Source: Chiloscyllium plagiosum
Taxonomy: Eukaryota
Direction: 5' to 3'
NCBI RefSeq assembly: GCF_004010195.1
Contig: NW_025213622.1
Span: forward strand, 1-34,585
DNA: 34,585 nt
Both the position numbers and the translations under genes were made by a program. The notes under the pieces are model-generated. The model saw only the letters and a list, made by a program, of their open reading frames with translations. It searched no databases and was not told the origin of the DNA. Shown piece after piece: positions 1-11,786 of this stretch (the first letter of the stretch is position 1; the number at the start of each line of letters is the position of its first letter).

Positions 1-27
1 TATAATCTCAGTGTTGGCCATCAGTAG

Positions 28-370
28 CACCAGGACATAGCTTGACTGGTGGCGAGAGGGGCACTCAGATCATTCATGCATATTATCAGATCATTCGTGC
101 ATACCCATGAAGCTGCTGCAGTGGGAAAGAGGCCATTGCCTATCTCCTTCTAGACTGTGCCCTTGCAAAGAAGATCTAGAAAGAAATGTAGTGGTTTTTT
201 TTGAGGTGTGTCCTGGAGGATCATAATCTGAGTGAAAGGCATTCTTTGGCTTGCCCAAACCGATTAGTGTTCTATTGCAAAGAGTTGTGCATGGCCAAAG
301 ACTGCAGACTGGCATATTCCAAAGGTCAGGACAATGTGTTAAGGAATACACTCAAGCTTGGGACAGTATC
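28..370 (+). mobile_element. Tx1/L1-clade LINE ORF2 C-terminal relic (zf-RVT-like region)
   Basis: Frameshifted translation HQDIA*LVARGALRSFMH...P*SCCSGKEAIAYLLLDCALAKKI*KEM*W...NRLVFYCKELCMAKDCRLAYSKGQDNVLRNTLKLG resembles the Tx1 ORF2 C-terminus. It contains stops and frameshifts. Confidence 0.6.
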
Positions 371-387
371 TCAGTTGAGAAAATCAT

Positions 388-1218
388 AGTGTGTTTTGAG
401 AAGGTTTGTAGCTCAAGTTGAGGTTCTGGATGCAGGTTTGTTCGCTGAGCTGGAAAGTTCATTTTCAGATGTTTTGCAACCATACTGAGTAACATCTTCA
501 GTGGGCCTCCAGGCGAAGCACTGCTGATGATTCCTGCTTTCTATTTATATGTTTGGGTTTCTTTGGGTTGGTGATGTCATTTCCTGTGGGGATGTCATTT
601 CCAATGGTGATGTCATTTCTTGTTCTCTTTCTCAGGGGCTGGTAAATGGGGTCCAAGTCAACGTGTTTGTTGATAGAGTTCCGGTTGGAATGCCATGCTT
701 CTCGGAATTCTCGTGAATGTCTCTGTTTGGCTTGTCCTAGGATGGATGTGTTGTCCCAGTTGAAGTGGTGTCCTTCCTCATCTGTATGTAAGGATACTAG
801 TGAGAGAGGGTCATGTCGTTTTGTGGCTAGTTGATGTTCGTGTATCCTGGTGACTAGTTTTATGCCTGTTTGTCCAATGTAGTGTTTGTTACAGTCCTTG
901 TATGGTATTTTGTAAATGACATTAGTTTTGCTTGTTGTCTGTATAGGGTCTTTCAAGTTCATTAGCTGCTGTTTTAGTGTGTTGGTGGGATTGTGGGCTA
1001 CCATGATGCCAAGGGGTCTGAGTAGTCTGGCAGTCATTTCTGAGATGTCTTTGCTGTAGGGGAGAGTGGCTAGGGTTTCTGGATGTGTTTTGTCTGCTTG
1101 TTTGGGTTTGTTGCTGAGAAATCTGCGGAATTTATTCATTGGGTACCCGTTCTTTTTGAATACATGGTATAGGTGATTTTCCGCTGCTCTGCATAGTTCC
1201 TGTATGCTGCAGTGTGTG
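388..1218 (-). mobile_element. Penelope-like element 3' fragment: GIY-YIG endonuclease plus pLTR with a degenerate hammerhead
   Basis: ORF 498..1304 contains TLPYSKDISEMTARLLRPLGI and NVIYKIPYKDCNKHYIGQTG...RIHEH (GIY-YIG). Downstream on the minus strand is CTGAAGA...AAAACATC (~467-503), a hammerhead core with GAAA changed to AAAA. Confidence 0.9.
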
Positions 1219-1230
1219 AGGACACTAGAG

Positions 1231-1416
1231 GACATAGATACCACCATTACGCATGGGGACACCTCCCACCTTGTACATGGCAGGTACTCATGTGACTCAG
1301 CCAATGTTGTCTATCTTATACGTTGCAGGCAAGGATGCCCGGAGGCATGGTACATTGGGGAAACCGAGCAAAAGGCTACGACAACGGATGAATGGGCACT
1401 GCACAACAATCAACAG
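1231..1416 (+). mobile_element. Fragment of a second Penelope family (GIY-YIG domain)
   Basis: DIDTTITHGDTSHLVHGRYSCDSANVVYLIRCRQGCPEAWYIGETEQ, frameshift, RLRQRMNGH: a VVY...YIG GIY-YIG motif distinct from the adjacent minus-strand copy. Confidence 0.85.
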
Positions 1417-1828
1417 TTGAATAAGCTCGGACTTTTCTCTTTGGAGAGAAGGAGGAAGAGAGGAGACCTGATCGAGGTATACAAGGTAATGAGAGGCATA
1501 GATAGAGTCAATAGCCAGAGACTTTTCCCCAGGGCAGGATTGACTGGCACGAGGGGTCATAGTTTTAAGATATTAGGAGGAAGGTATAGAGGGGACGTCA
1601 GAGGAAGGTTCTTTACGCAGAGAGTTGTGAATGCATGGAATGCGTTGCCAGCGGTGGTGGTGGAAGCAGAGTCATTGGGGACATTTAAGCGACTGCTGGA
1701 CATGCACATGGATAACAGTGAGTTGAGGGGTGCGTTGGTTAGGTTATTTTATTTTACATTAGGATTAAATCTCGGCACAATATCGTGGGCCAAAGGGCCT
1801 GGTCTGTGCTGTACTTTTCTATGTTTTA
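1415..1828 (+). mobile_element. CR1 LINE 3' end (5'-truncated), same subfamily as 23124-26874
   Basis: LNKLGLFSLERRRKRGDLIEVYK...TRGHSFK...FFTQRVVNAWNALP...FKRLLD, then 3'UTR gggccaaagggcctg and a ttctatgtt tail. Confidence 0.92.
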
Positions 1829-1830
1829 TT

Positions 1831-2054
1831 ATGCCAAGGGGTCTGAGTAGTCTGGTAGTCATTTCTGATATGTCTTTGATGGAAGGTAATGTGGTTGTAG
1901 TTTCTGGTTGTGTTGTGTCTGTTTGTTTGGGGTTGTTTCTGAGGAATTGGCAGATTGTGCTGTTGGGTACCCAGTTTTCTTGAAAACCTTGTATAGATGT
2001 TTTTCTTCTGCTTTTTAAGAGTGTATCAGGAATGTTTTTCTTAGAACAGTACAT
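1831..2054 (-). mobile_element. Penelope fragment paralogous to ~1006-1200
   Basis: atgccaaggggtctgagtagtctgg occurs at both 1006 and 1831; it encodes TLPSIKDISEMTTRLLRPLGI. Confidence 0.85.
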
Positions 2055-2249
2055 TACAGAACCTGGAAACAGGCTACTGTAGATTTAGCAATGTGTAATG
2101 AAATAGGGCTCATTACAGATGTCATGAGGAAGGAACATCTAGGGATAGCAATCACAACATGGTAAAATTTCAAACTTAGATTGAGGGAGAGCAATTCTGA
2201 TCTCAAACCAATGCCCTCAACTTGTATAAGGGCATTTAGAGGCATGAAG

Positions 2250-3760
2250 AAAGTGGCCGTTCAGCCCATAGAGTTTTCACCGACAACAACTACTCAAAAC
2301 TTACACGAGCTCCACATTTCAGCATTTGGCACATAGTCTTGAAAGCTACAACATTTCAAGTGCTCAAAGTATTTTTTCAAAGATTGCGAGGTTTCCCACC
2401 TGAACTGTCTCCCAGGCAGTGCATTCCAGACCCCCACCACACTCTGGGTGAAAAACATTTCCCAGTAATCCTCTCTAAACCTCCTGCCTTTTGCCTTAAG
2501 AATTCTGCCCCCTTGTTAGGGATCTTTGGCATAAAGGGATTTGCTGCTTTCTCCCCTGTTTATGCCCCTCAACCATGTCTCAGTCTTTTATGCCGAGCCT
2601 TTCCAGCCTTTCACACAGAGGCTGCTCCATCCCAGGTAACATCCTGGTGAATCTCTTCTCTACCCCTTCCAGTGAAATCATCTCCTTCATACAATGTGGT
2701 GACCAGAACTGCACACTGTACTCCAGCTGTGGCCTCACCAAAGTCCTGCACAGCTACAATATAATCCTCCTTGCTCTGATAATCGACATCAGGTAAGTGT
2801 CCCTTCTGAGCTATTAACATGTCCTGCCCGCTTTCAGGGATCTGTGGACAAGTACCCCCAAGATCCCTCTGCTCCTCTGAGTTTCCCTGACAAAGCCATG
2901 CTGACTATCTCTGATCAAACCTCCAAGTGAAAATTAATTCTCTCCTTCAAAATCTTCTCCAATGGATGCGAGATTCACTGATGAAGGAGCAGAGCTCTGA
3001 AAGCTAGTGCTTCCAAATAAACCTGTTGGACTATAGCCTGGTGTTGTGCGATTTTAACTTTGTCCACCCCAGTCCAACACTGGCACATCTACATCATTAT
3101 TTTAATAAAATTTCCCTCCCCAAATCCAAAACTCTTCTTTTCTGACCACCTTTTCCTTTTCCACGAGAAATTAAAATGAGGGGTGTTGTGGTCGCCATCT
3201 CTAAAATCCCTCTCACTGTCACCTTGACCCAAGTATAACTTCATTCTGGGTCCAGTACTGGACTATCCCTTAGTGGACAATTTACATTAAGACAAAATGC
3301 TCTCCTGATTACATTTCAAAAAAAACTTTGGCCCCTCTAAACTCTTTTCATTATGATAATCCTATTTAAAGTTGAAATCCCATTCTATAATTATCCCATC
3401 ATTATTTTTACATACCTCAGTGAAGTGTCTACATATCTGCTCCTCTATTGCCCACTGACTGTTTAAGGATCTAAAATACATTACTGACAGAGAACTGCCC
3501 CCTTTTTATTCAAAAACTGTACCCACAAAGCTTCATTTAAAGTCTCTTCCAAGAGATAGTTCCCCCATACTGCAGTGACTGACTCCTTAATTCACAATAC
3601 GAAACCACCTTCTCTTTTATACCCTGCCTTGTCTCACTCAAAGGTTCTACACCCAGGAATGTTGGGTTTCTGGTCCTGCCCCACCCCCAACGACATCCCA
3701 GTGCCAGCAACAATGTCACAATTCCATATGTTGATCCACCCCAGAAACTCATAAGCCGAA
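2250..3760 (-). mobile_element. Old, internally deleted CR1 relic
   Basis: Degenerate ORF2 pieces: VRPQLEYSVQFWSP-like sequence (~2700-2740) and APE N-terminus WINIWNCDIVAGT...NIPGCRTF (~3640-3740). Confidence 0.7.
2976..3096 (+). mobile_element. Penelope pLTR fragment with a minimal type I hammerhead motif
   Basis: CTGATGA (2978-2984), A, stem II GGAGC/aga/GCTCT, GAAA, GCTA, gtg, followed by AATAAA and a pLTR-like tail. Stem I appears one base short. Confidence 0.75.
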
Positions 3761-3899
3761 GGCAGGCTGGGAAAACAAACAGAAATGAAAGCAAGGAGAT
3801 GAACAGCGACAGGCATTAAGCAGCTATTTCATAACTCAGCAAAAATTTATTCTGGTCAAAAAGAAGGACTCCATGAGAAAGTTAAAACAACTGTAATTA

Positions 3900-4488
3900 A
3901 ACGAGACAATCAAGGAGAATATCCAATCAGAAACTGGAGCATAAAAGTGATGGTGATTGGAATCCTTTTTAGGAACTACCTATAATGGAGGAGCTAATAA
4001 AGGGGAAAATTGATTATGAAATTCTAGGGCAAGAAATATAAAAGGAACAGCAAGATTGTCTATAACATAGGGTATACAGCAAGAAGGTCAGTCAATAAAG
4101 TATAGGACCGTTGGAGAATTAATAACAGGGAACAGAGAAATGGCAGATAACTTAAACCAATATTTTGCATCAGTCATCATGCTTAAGGAGATAAACCCAC
4201 AAAGATATCAGATTAGCAAGGTGCTATGGGAGAAAAGATCTTGTAATAGTCTCTATCACAAGGCATAATATATGTGACAAACCATTGGATCTCAAGGCAG
4301 ACAAATCCCCAGAACTAGATTACCTGAATCCAACGGCTTTCAAAGGAAGTAGCTACAGAGACATGGAGACATTGGTAAAAATATTCAGGAACTCACTGGA
4401 TTCTAGGAGTGTTCCAGGAGATTGGAAAACTGATAATATGGTAGCACAGTTCAAAAGGGAAGGGGACAAAACAGGAAACTATATTCCT
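3900..4488 (+). mobile_element. Old CR1 ORF2 relic
   Basis: MADNLNQYFASV and DLKADKSPELDYLNP...IFRNSLDSRSVPGDWKTDN motifs. Confidence 0.75.
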
Positions 4489-6870
4489 CTAAACTCTTCC
4501 TACTCATGTACCCATCCAGATACCTTTTAAATGCTGTAATTGTACCAGCCTCCACCACATCCTCTGGCAGCTCATTCCATACACGTACCACCCTCTGTGT
4601 GAAAAAATTGCCCCTTAGGTCCCTTTTAAATCTTGCCCCCCTCACCCGAAACCTATGTCCTCTAGTTCTGGACTCCCCCACCCCAGGGAAAAGACTTTGT
4701 CGATTTACCTTATCCATGTCCGTCATGATTTTATGAACCTTTATAAGGTCACCCCTTAGCTTCTGACACTCCAGAGGAAATAGCACCAGCCTATTCAGCC
4801 TCTCCCAATAGCTCAAATCCTCCAACCCTGGTAACATCCTTGTAAATCTTCTCTGAACCCTTCCAAGTTTCACAAACCCTTCCAATAGGAGGGAGACCAG
4901 AATTCCACATAATATTGCAAAAGTGGCCTAACCAATATCCTGTACAGCCACAACATGACCTCCCAACTCTTACACTCAATACTCTGACCAATAAGGGGAA
5001 GCATATCAAACACCTCCTTCGCTATCCTATCTACCTGTGACTCTACTTTCAAGGAACTATGAACATGCACTCCAAGGTCTGTTTGTTCAGCAACACTTCT
5101 TCAGACCTTACCATTAAGTGTATAAGTCCTGCTCTGATTTGCTTTTCCAAAATGGAGCACCTTGCATTTATCTAAATTAAACTCCATCTGCCTCTCCTTG
5201 ACCTAAGATCAAGATCCTGTTGCAATCTGAGGTAACCTTCTTCGATGTCCACTACACCTCCAATTTTGGTGTCATCTGCAAACTTACTAACTGTACCTCT
5301 TATGCTCGCATCCAAATCATTTATGTAAATGATGAAAAGTAGAGGGCCCAGCACCAGTCCTTATGGCACTCCACTGGTCACAAGCCTCCAGTCTGAAAAA
5401 CAACCCTCCACAACCACTCTCTGTCTTCTACCTTTGAGCCAGTTCTGTATCCAAATGGCAAGTTCTCCCTGTATTGCATGAGATCTAACCTTGCTAACCA
5501 GTCTCCCATAAGGAACCTTGTCGCACGCCTTACTGAAGTCCATATAGATCATGTCCACCACTCTGCCCTCTTCAATTCTCTTTGTTACTTCTTCAAAAAA
5601 ACTCAATCAAGGTAAGAGAAACATGATTTGCCACGCACAAAGCCTTTCCAGATACATGTAAATCCTGTCCTTCTGGGTTTCTTACAACAACCTGCCTACC
5701 ACCAAATGTCAGGCTCACCAGTTTATAGTCCCCTGGCTTGTCCTTACCACCTTTTTAAAATGGTGGCACCAACTTAATCAACCTCCAGTCTTCCAATACC
5801 TCACCTGTGAGTATCGATACAAATGTCTCAGCAAAGGGCTCAGCATCACTTCCTTCGCTTCTTACAGAGTTCTAGGCTATACCTGATCAGGTCCTGGGGA
5901 CTTATCCACTTTTATACATTAAGGCATGCAGCACCACCTCTTCTGTAATGTGAACATTTTTCAAGATGGCAACATCTAGTTCCTCACATTTTGTATCTCC
6001 ATGATAAACACTGATACAAAATACTTGTTTAGTATCTCCCCCATCTCCTGCAGTTCTACACAAAGGCCACCTTGCTGATCTTTGAGGGGCCCTATTTTCT
6101 TCCTAGTTACCCTTTTGTCCTTAATGTATTTATAAAATCCCCTGGGATTCATCTTAACCCTATTTGCTAAAGCTAACTCATGTCCCCCTTTTGCCCTCCT
6201 GATTTCCCTCTTAAGTATACTCTTACTACCTTTATACTCTAAGGATTCACTTGATCTCTGTTGTCTATACCTGATGTATGCTTCTTTCTTTCTCTTGATC
6301 AAAACCTCAATTTCTCTAGTCATCCAGCATTCCCTATACCTACCAACCTTTCCTTTCACCCTCACAGGAATGTCTTTGAAGGCTTCCCATTTTCTAGCCA
6401 TCCCTTTACCTGTGAACCTCTTCACCCAATCAACTTTTGAAAGTTCTTGCCCAAAACCATCAAAATTGGCTGCCCTCCAATAGGGAACTTTAACTTTTAG
6501 ATCCTATCCTTTCCATGACTATTTTAAAACTAATAAAATTATAGTCCCTGGCCCCAAAGTGCTCCCCCACTGACACCTCAGTCACCTGCCCTGCCTTATT
6601 TCCCAAGAGTAGGTCAAGTTTTGCACCTTCTCTAGTAGGTACTTCCACATACTGAATCAGAAATTTATTTTGTACACACTTAAATTCCTCTCCATCTAAA
6701 CCCTTAACACTACGGCAGTCCCAGTCAATGTTTGGAAAGTTAAAACACCCACCATAACCACCCTATTATTCTTACAGACAACTGAGATCTCCTGACAAAT
6801 TTGTTTCTCAGTTTCCCACTGACTATTGGGGGATCTAAATTACAATCCCAATAAGGTGATCATCCCTTTT
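4489..6870 (-). mobile_element. CR1 LINE ORF2 (partial APE, RT, C-terminus), disrupted; 3' tail missing
   Basis: ORF fragments [29 protein letters not shown]...[21 protein letters not shown]...RGDLIKVHK...FFTQRVVRVWNELP. Confidence 0.92.
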
Positions 6871-7019
6871 TCTCCATCTGTGCTTTCTTGTTCAATGGCT
6901 GACTTAATAACAGCACTTCACTGCAGATAAAGTGACGGATTTCAAATAGTAGCCTCTGTTTTAAAGATTTCAGTGTATCATGCACAAATCTGAAATCACA
7001 GGAATTCTTTCATACAAAC

Positions 7020-7252
7020 CAAAGAACTACAGATGTTGTAAATTAAACAAAAGTGGAAATTGCTGGAAAAAACTCAGCAGGTCTGGTGTCATCTGTGGAG
7101 ACAGAAATCAAAGTTAACATTTCAAGTCTAATGACCCTTCCTCAGAACTCTGAGGAAGGGGTTCAGAGGAAGGGTCACTGGACCAAAACATTAACTCTGA
7201 TTTCTCTCCAAAGACCTGCTGAACATTTCCAGCAATTTCTGTTTGTGTCTCA
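7020..7252. mobile_element. Palindromic Penelope-pLTR-derived short element with hammerhead motifs on both arms
   Basis: Imperfect inverted arms (gaaattgctggaaa.../...tttccagcaatttc). Minus-strand hammerhead at 7112-7149: AGTT CTGAGGA A GGGTC atta GACTT GAAA TGTT AACT. Central 12-bp stem cccttcctcaga/tctgaggaaggg at 7135-7160. Confidence 0.75.
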
Positions 7253-7379
7253 AATTCTTCAACTTTGTCTAAAGTACCATCCAGTCTCTGAGTAACCCAG
7301 GCACAGTTTGCTCACAGTGTCCATTTTCTGTTGGATCACAAACTATCCCTTTTTGGTTGCATATGTTCCTGGGTAGGGA

Positions 7380-7880
7380 TACTTCAAAGAAATATTTTTC
7401 ACATTTCTGCTGTTTCTTCAAGCAATATTGTTTTATCCACAAAGAAAACTCCCATCAAAACTAGAAGCATGTTCTTACAAGATACTTAGATACAGTCCAA
7501 TAGCTCAAATGCCAGCGCAGATTGGAGATCTTCCAAATGAAAATTTTGCAATCTTATATACCTGTACAACCAACTGAAATGCATTATGTATTCTTGCATA
7601 GTGTTCATTTTAGCTTCTAAATTTGTTAAATTTGACCATGCCTCTTCACACTTAATAAATCACATTTTTGATACATTTTATCCATGAAAGTGAGTAATCT
7701 GTCCAAACCCTCAACATTATTCAAATCCTCCAGCTTCAGTTCTGAAAAATGTGGCTTCTGACAGGAACAAAAATGCCTATGGTCACACTTTGCTTCCTCT
7801 TTAGTAGAATAACTCAGGCCCACATTGTCATAAACCTCACATTCAGAAAATATGGGCACGTAATCATCTCCCCAAATTTT
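7380..7880 (-). mobile_element. LTR-retrotransposon gag-like relic, probably Ty1/Copia type
   Basis: PIFSECEVYD...FSELKLEDLNNVEGLDRLLTFMDKMYQKCDLLS, frameshift, EAWSN...MQEYIMHF...QSALAFELLDC. It resembles Copia-type gag; assignment from memory. Confidence 0.5.
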
Positions 7881-8063
7881 ACATTCTAGCATTTTGATAC
7901 AACCAATTCTCACCCAATTAATTAAATATATCCATCATCTGTTCCCTTGTTCCATTTTGCTCTCAGTCATCCCTTCAGACTTTGAGATGATAATGATGTT
8001 TAAAGAGCATTACAAAAGAGGAGAGATGGAAATGAGGATTTATTGAGGGAATTCCTGAGTTTG

Positions 8064-8390
8064 CATAACAACAGATAAGATTATTCCATTCAGCCCCTTG
8101 AGACTGTTCCACCATTCAGTGAGATTATGGCTGATCTGTGCCTAGCTTCATATATTTGCCTTTGGCCCATATCCCTTAATAATTTGCTTATCAAAAATTT
8201 CTCTCTCTTAGATTTAAAATTAGCAACTGATCTCGGATCAATTGCATTTGTGGAAGGGAGTTCCAAACCTCTACCATCCTGAATAGTCTGGTACTCATCT
8301 CAGATTAGTTCTAGTGGTCCTATTAATAGAAGTAATTGATCTTTGTCTACCCTGTCCTCTCCCGTTAATATCTTGACGACCTTGATCTGC
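8064..8390 (-). mobile_element. Old CR1-type LINE 3' end relic
   Basis: ccattcagccccttgagactgttccaccattcagtgagattatggctgatct resembles a CR1-type 3'UTR in reverse orientation. Confidence 0.6.
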
Positions 8391-8472
8391 ACCTGCTCAG
8401 AATTCACTGAAAAACACAATCTCTTCTTGACAATCGAAGCAGAGAACACCAAATGAAAACTCAATCATGAAG

Positions 8473-8985
8473 CAAGACATTTACACCACACGTTGCATCT
8501 GAAAAGCTAACAGCATTGTGCACGACCCCACACACCCCTCACTCGAACCCTTCTCCCTCCTGCCATCTGGCAAAAGATACCAGAGCATTCGGTCTCTCAC
8601 GGCCAGACTGCAACAGGTTTTTCCCCTAAACCATCAGGCACCTTAACACAGTAGGATTACACTTTATTCCATTTGCAATTTTTAGATGACTTTTTGAATT
8701 GCTGCTAAAATAATGTGTTATGAATGATCATTCATTGCTACATTGTAATTTGTCCACCACCATGCCTACTGTCTTGTCAGGCATTACTGTGCTGTCTTGC
8801 ATGTTTTGCACTTTTCTATGCACTTTATGCTGCCCTGTGTATGACTGTACTCTCGTATGGTCTGTGTGTTCATTTAGCACCTTGGTCCTGGAGGAACGCT
8901 GTCTAATTTTTATTGGACCAGCCGTATATGGTAGAAATGACAAATAAAGTTACTCTACTCTGCTCTACTCTCTAATCTACTACTC
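8473..8985 (+). mobile_element. Rex1/Babar LINE 3' end
   Basis: QDIYTTRCI*KANSIVHDPTHPS...FSLLPSGKRYQSIRSLTARL..FFP is the characteristic Rex1 C-terminus. The 3'UTR ends in AATAAA plus a (CTACT)n-like tail. Confidence 0.85.
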
Positions 8986-9274
8986 CCTCTGACTGCTGAA
9001 GGAAACAGCTTCATGTTTGGTTTGTTTAATCCACCCCATCACAATGTCTCAGCTCAATCCTCTCGAGGCTGAACAGACACAGCAGGAATAAAACATCTCA
9101 ATGCTCCTCAAACACTCCTGCTCTTTGAACTCAGCAGCTGCTTCTATGGCATTAGGCTATGAGTTCTGGACATTAACAGATAAGACAAAAAAAATCCCAA
9201 ATGCTGAATGTACCCCTCAGACCCAGATTAGTGCTGTACCTTATACTTCCCCAGTCTACAAAGACAGCACCATA

Positions 9275-9450
9275 GGCGGGGGAGGGAAGGGTGGGCACAG
9301 AGGCTGGAGAGAGGATGGATAGGGGGAGGGGCAGGAGTAGGAGAGGAGTGTATGGGGGGGGTGGAGGGGTGTGTGGAAAGAGCCAGGGGAGGGTTACATT
9401 GGGGGAGGAGTAGGAGAGGCAGGGCTAGGTCATGGAGGGGCTGGGGATAT
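9275..9450 (+). repeat. G-rich low-complexity tract (potential G-quadruplex)
   Basis: Many runs of three or more G, e.g. ggcgggggagggaagggtggg. Confidence 0.6.
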
Positions 9451-10945
9451 TGGCATGCGGCAATCAGACACTGCTGAAGGATTTACTGAGATCCTGTTTA
9501 GTGTTTGTGTGGGGGACATCTTGCTGCACTGTGATACGGCTATGAATATTCAGCAGGTTTATTTTAGAAGCTCATTTATCTACTTGCAGAAGACATGACC
9601 TAGAATTTAAATTGAGTTCTGTGTTCAGTACAGAGTTAGAGACAAGTCAGATTCTCCTGGGTTTAATTACAAAGCTTGGTGCTACAGACACCACATTCCC
9701 TACAGCTGTCTGAAGCCACAGCTGCACAACCAATGTCATGGATTGAAATCTCAACCAACACAAAACTCCAAGGCGAGCTGTGCCTGACTGCCTCTGTTTG
9801 GATCTTTCTGTGTTGGAGCAGATCCAAGCCAGACAATGTGCAGCTCATATTCCTGGGCTGTACCAGCTATAGCAACAGTTATATTATTTGAGCAGTTAGA
9901 ATCATGCAACAAAATAAAGACCATTCAGTCCATCCAGACAGGACTGGCATTTGGACAGTGGTATCCAGTTTAATTGTACGCTGTTGGTGAAGATCCTTGG
10001 TGCCTGTGACTGGTTAGAATTGGCAATCCACATGCAGTCCACCTTGTGACTGCTTCCAACTGGATGGCCAGTGCCAGAATTAATTTCTGAATTAAAACTA
10101 TTAAAATGAAAACTAGTAAAACTTTGTGATGGTGCAAACTGCACCAACCCATCTTGTCGACATGAGTTCAGCTTCACCTTCCGAGGGTAATTTGGTTTGG
10201 GCCTATCTCACATCCCAGGAGCGAATTTTTAAAAATGACTGGGCCTCCAGTCTGACTTGGACATTGAAGTTTTATTCTTTTTGTTTGATTTCTCCATTTT
10301 TCTTGTTTGTAGCTTGAACTGGGAAACCTCTACCTTCAGTTCCACAGAATGTTCTGAATGTAACAGACAGTATCACAGCAAAGTATTGTGGAGTTCACTC
10401 TGATAGACTGTTGTGATAGATACAGCTTTGATTTTGACTCCAGAAACAGTTGTTGTGTGAGTTGGAACCTCCATGAATGTTGTTTCAATGGAGTCACTTT
10501 GCTACGTGCGGCGTTGCAGATGACGTATATATAAGTCCCATCGCTACATTCTGATGGAGACTTGCTGCCTTGTGGATTACAACTGTCACCTTCCTACTGG
10601 GCAAAGGAGAGGGCACTTTCTGCCTTTCCCTCCATTTCCAAGACATCACCACAGTGCAGAATCATTATGAATGTGAATGGGAGAATGAACTTGTGAAAAT
10701 CTACACCTTGACCAAGAAGTGAAAAGAGATTTTATTCAATCAGAATTCAAAAACAACAGCAACTGAGGGGCAGAAAAATCCCCACAGCAAAAACAGCAAT
10801 ACATTCACAATATCAGCCTTGGAAAGATCTTTTGTTTTTTGATTATCAATTAAAAGAAGGAGGAGATACTGCTGTAGACCAAGGAAACTGGCAGTAGGTG
10901 TTTGGAGTTTTAAAAATAAGGTCCTGGAACATATTATGAGTTTTT

Positions 10946-11089
10946 TTAGATTAGATTACAGTGTGGAAACAGGCCCTTCGGCCCAACAAGTCCACACCGA
11001 CCCGCCGAAGCGAAACCCACCCATACCCCTACATTTACCCCTTACCTAACACTACGGGCAATTTAGTATGGCCAATTCACCTGACCCTG
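10946..11089 (-). mobile_element. HE1-type SINE 3' fragment
   Basis: Reverse complement matches the 3' half of the SINE at 28163-28473, with a (TCTAA)n tail. Confidence 0.85.
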
Positions 11090-11786
11090 TTTCTGTGAGT
11101 ACTGCAGAAATAGAATCTGACTGGGTTGAGCTTAGAAATACCAAGGGACTGAAAATGATATTAAGGTTGTATATAGACCACCGAGCTAAAGTGGTAATAT
11201 TGGAGAAAGCATTAAAAAGGAATTCAGTGATGCAAGTAATAGAGGTACAGCTGCAATTACTATCTACAGATAGACTGATTAAATAAATCAGTAACAAAAC
11301 CATACAGGAACAATTCTCGGTGTGTATATGGATAGTTTTATGATTCAATATGTTGAGCAACCAACTAGAGAAAAGGCCATTCTTGACTGGTTATCGTATA
11401 AGAAGGAACAAATAATTCACAATCAGGTTGTACACGTGCCCTTCGGGAAGAGTAGCCACAATAGGTTAGAATTCTTCCTTAAGATGGAAAGTGCCATAGT
11501 TGTTTCTGAGTCTAGCATCCTGAATTTAATGAAAGAAAATTAAGACAGTGTGAGATGCAAGATAGCTATGTTAAATTGAGGCTTGTTATTTAAAGGGATG
11601 ATGACAGGTATTCACAGAGTGCATGGGCAAACTACAAAAGCTATTCATCTCAGTATGGAATGAAAATAAAACAGGAAACAGGGTCAGTGCATGACTAACA
11701 AAGGGAATTAGGGTTAATATTACACCCAAAGAAGAGCCATACAAATTAGCCAAAACAAAGCAAGAAACCTGAGGATTGGGAACAGT

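Noticed and set aside
10270..10420. Strong plus-strand polypyrimidine tract and AG at 10312 as a coding exon
   Set aside because: All three frames stop within about 100 nt, no peptide is recognisable, and it is antisense to NRG3.
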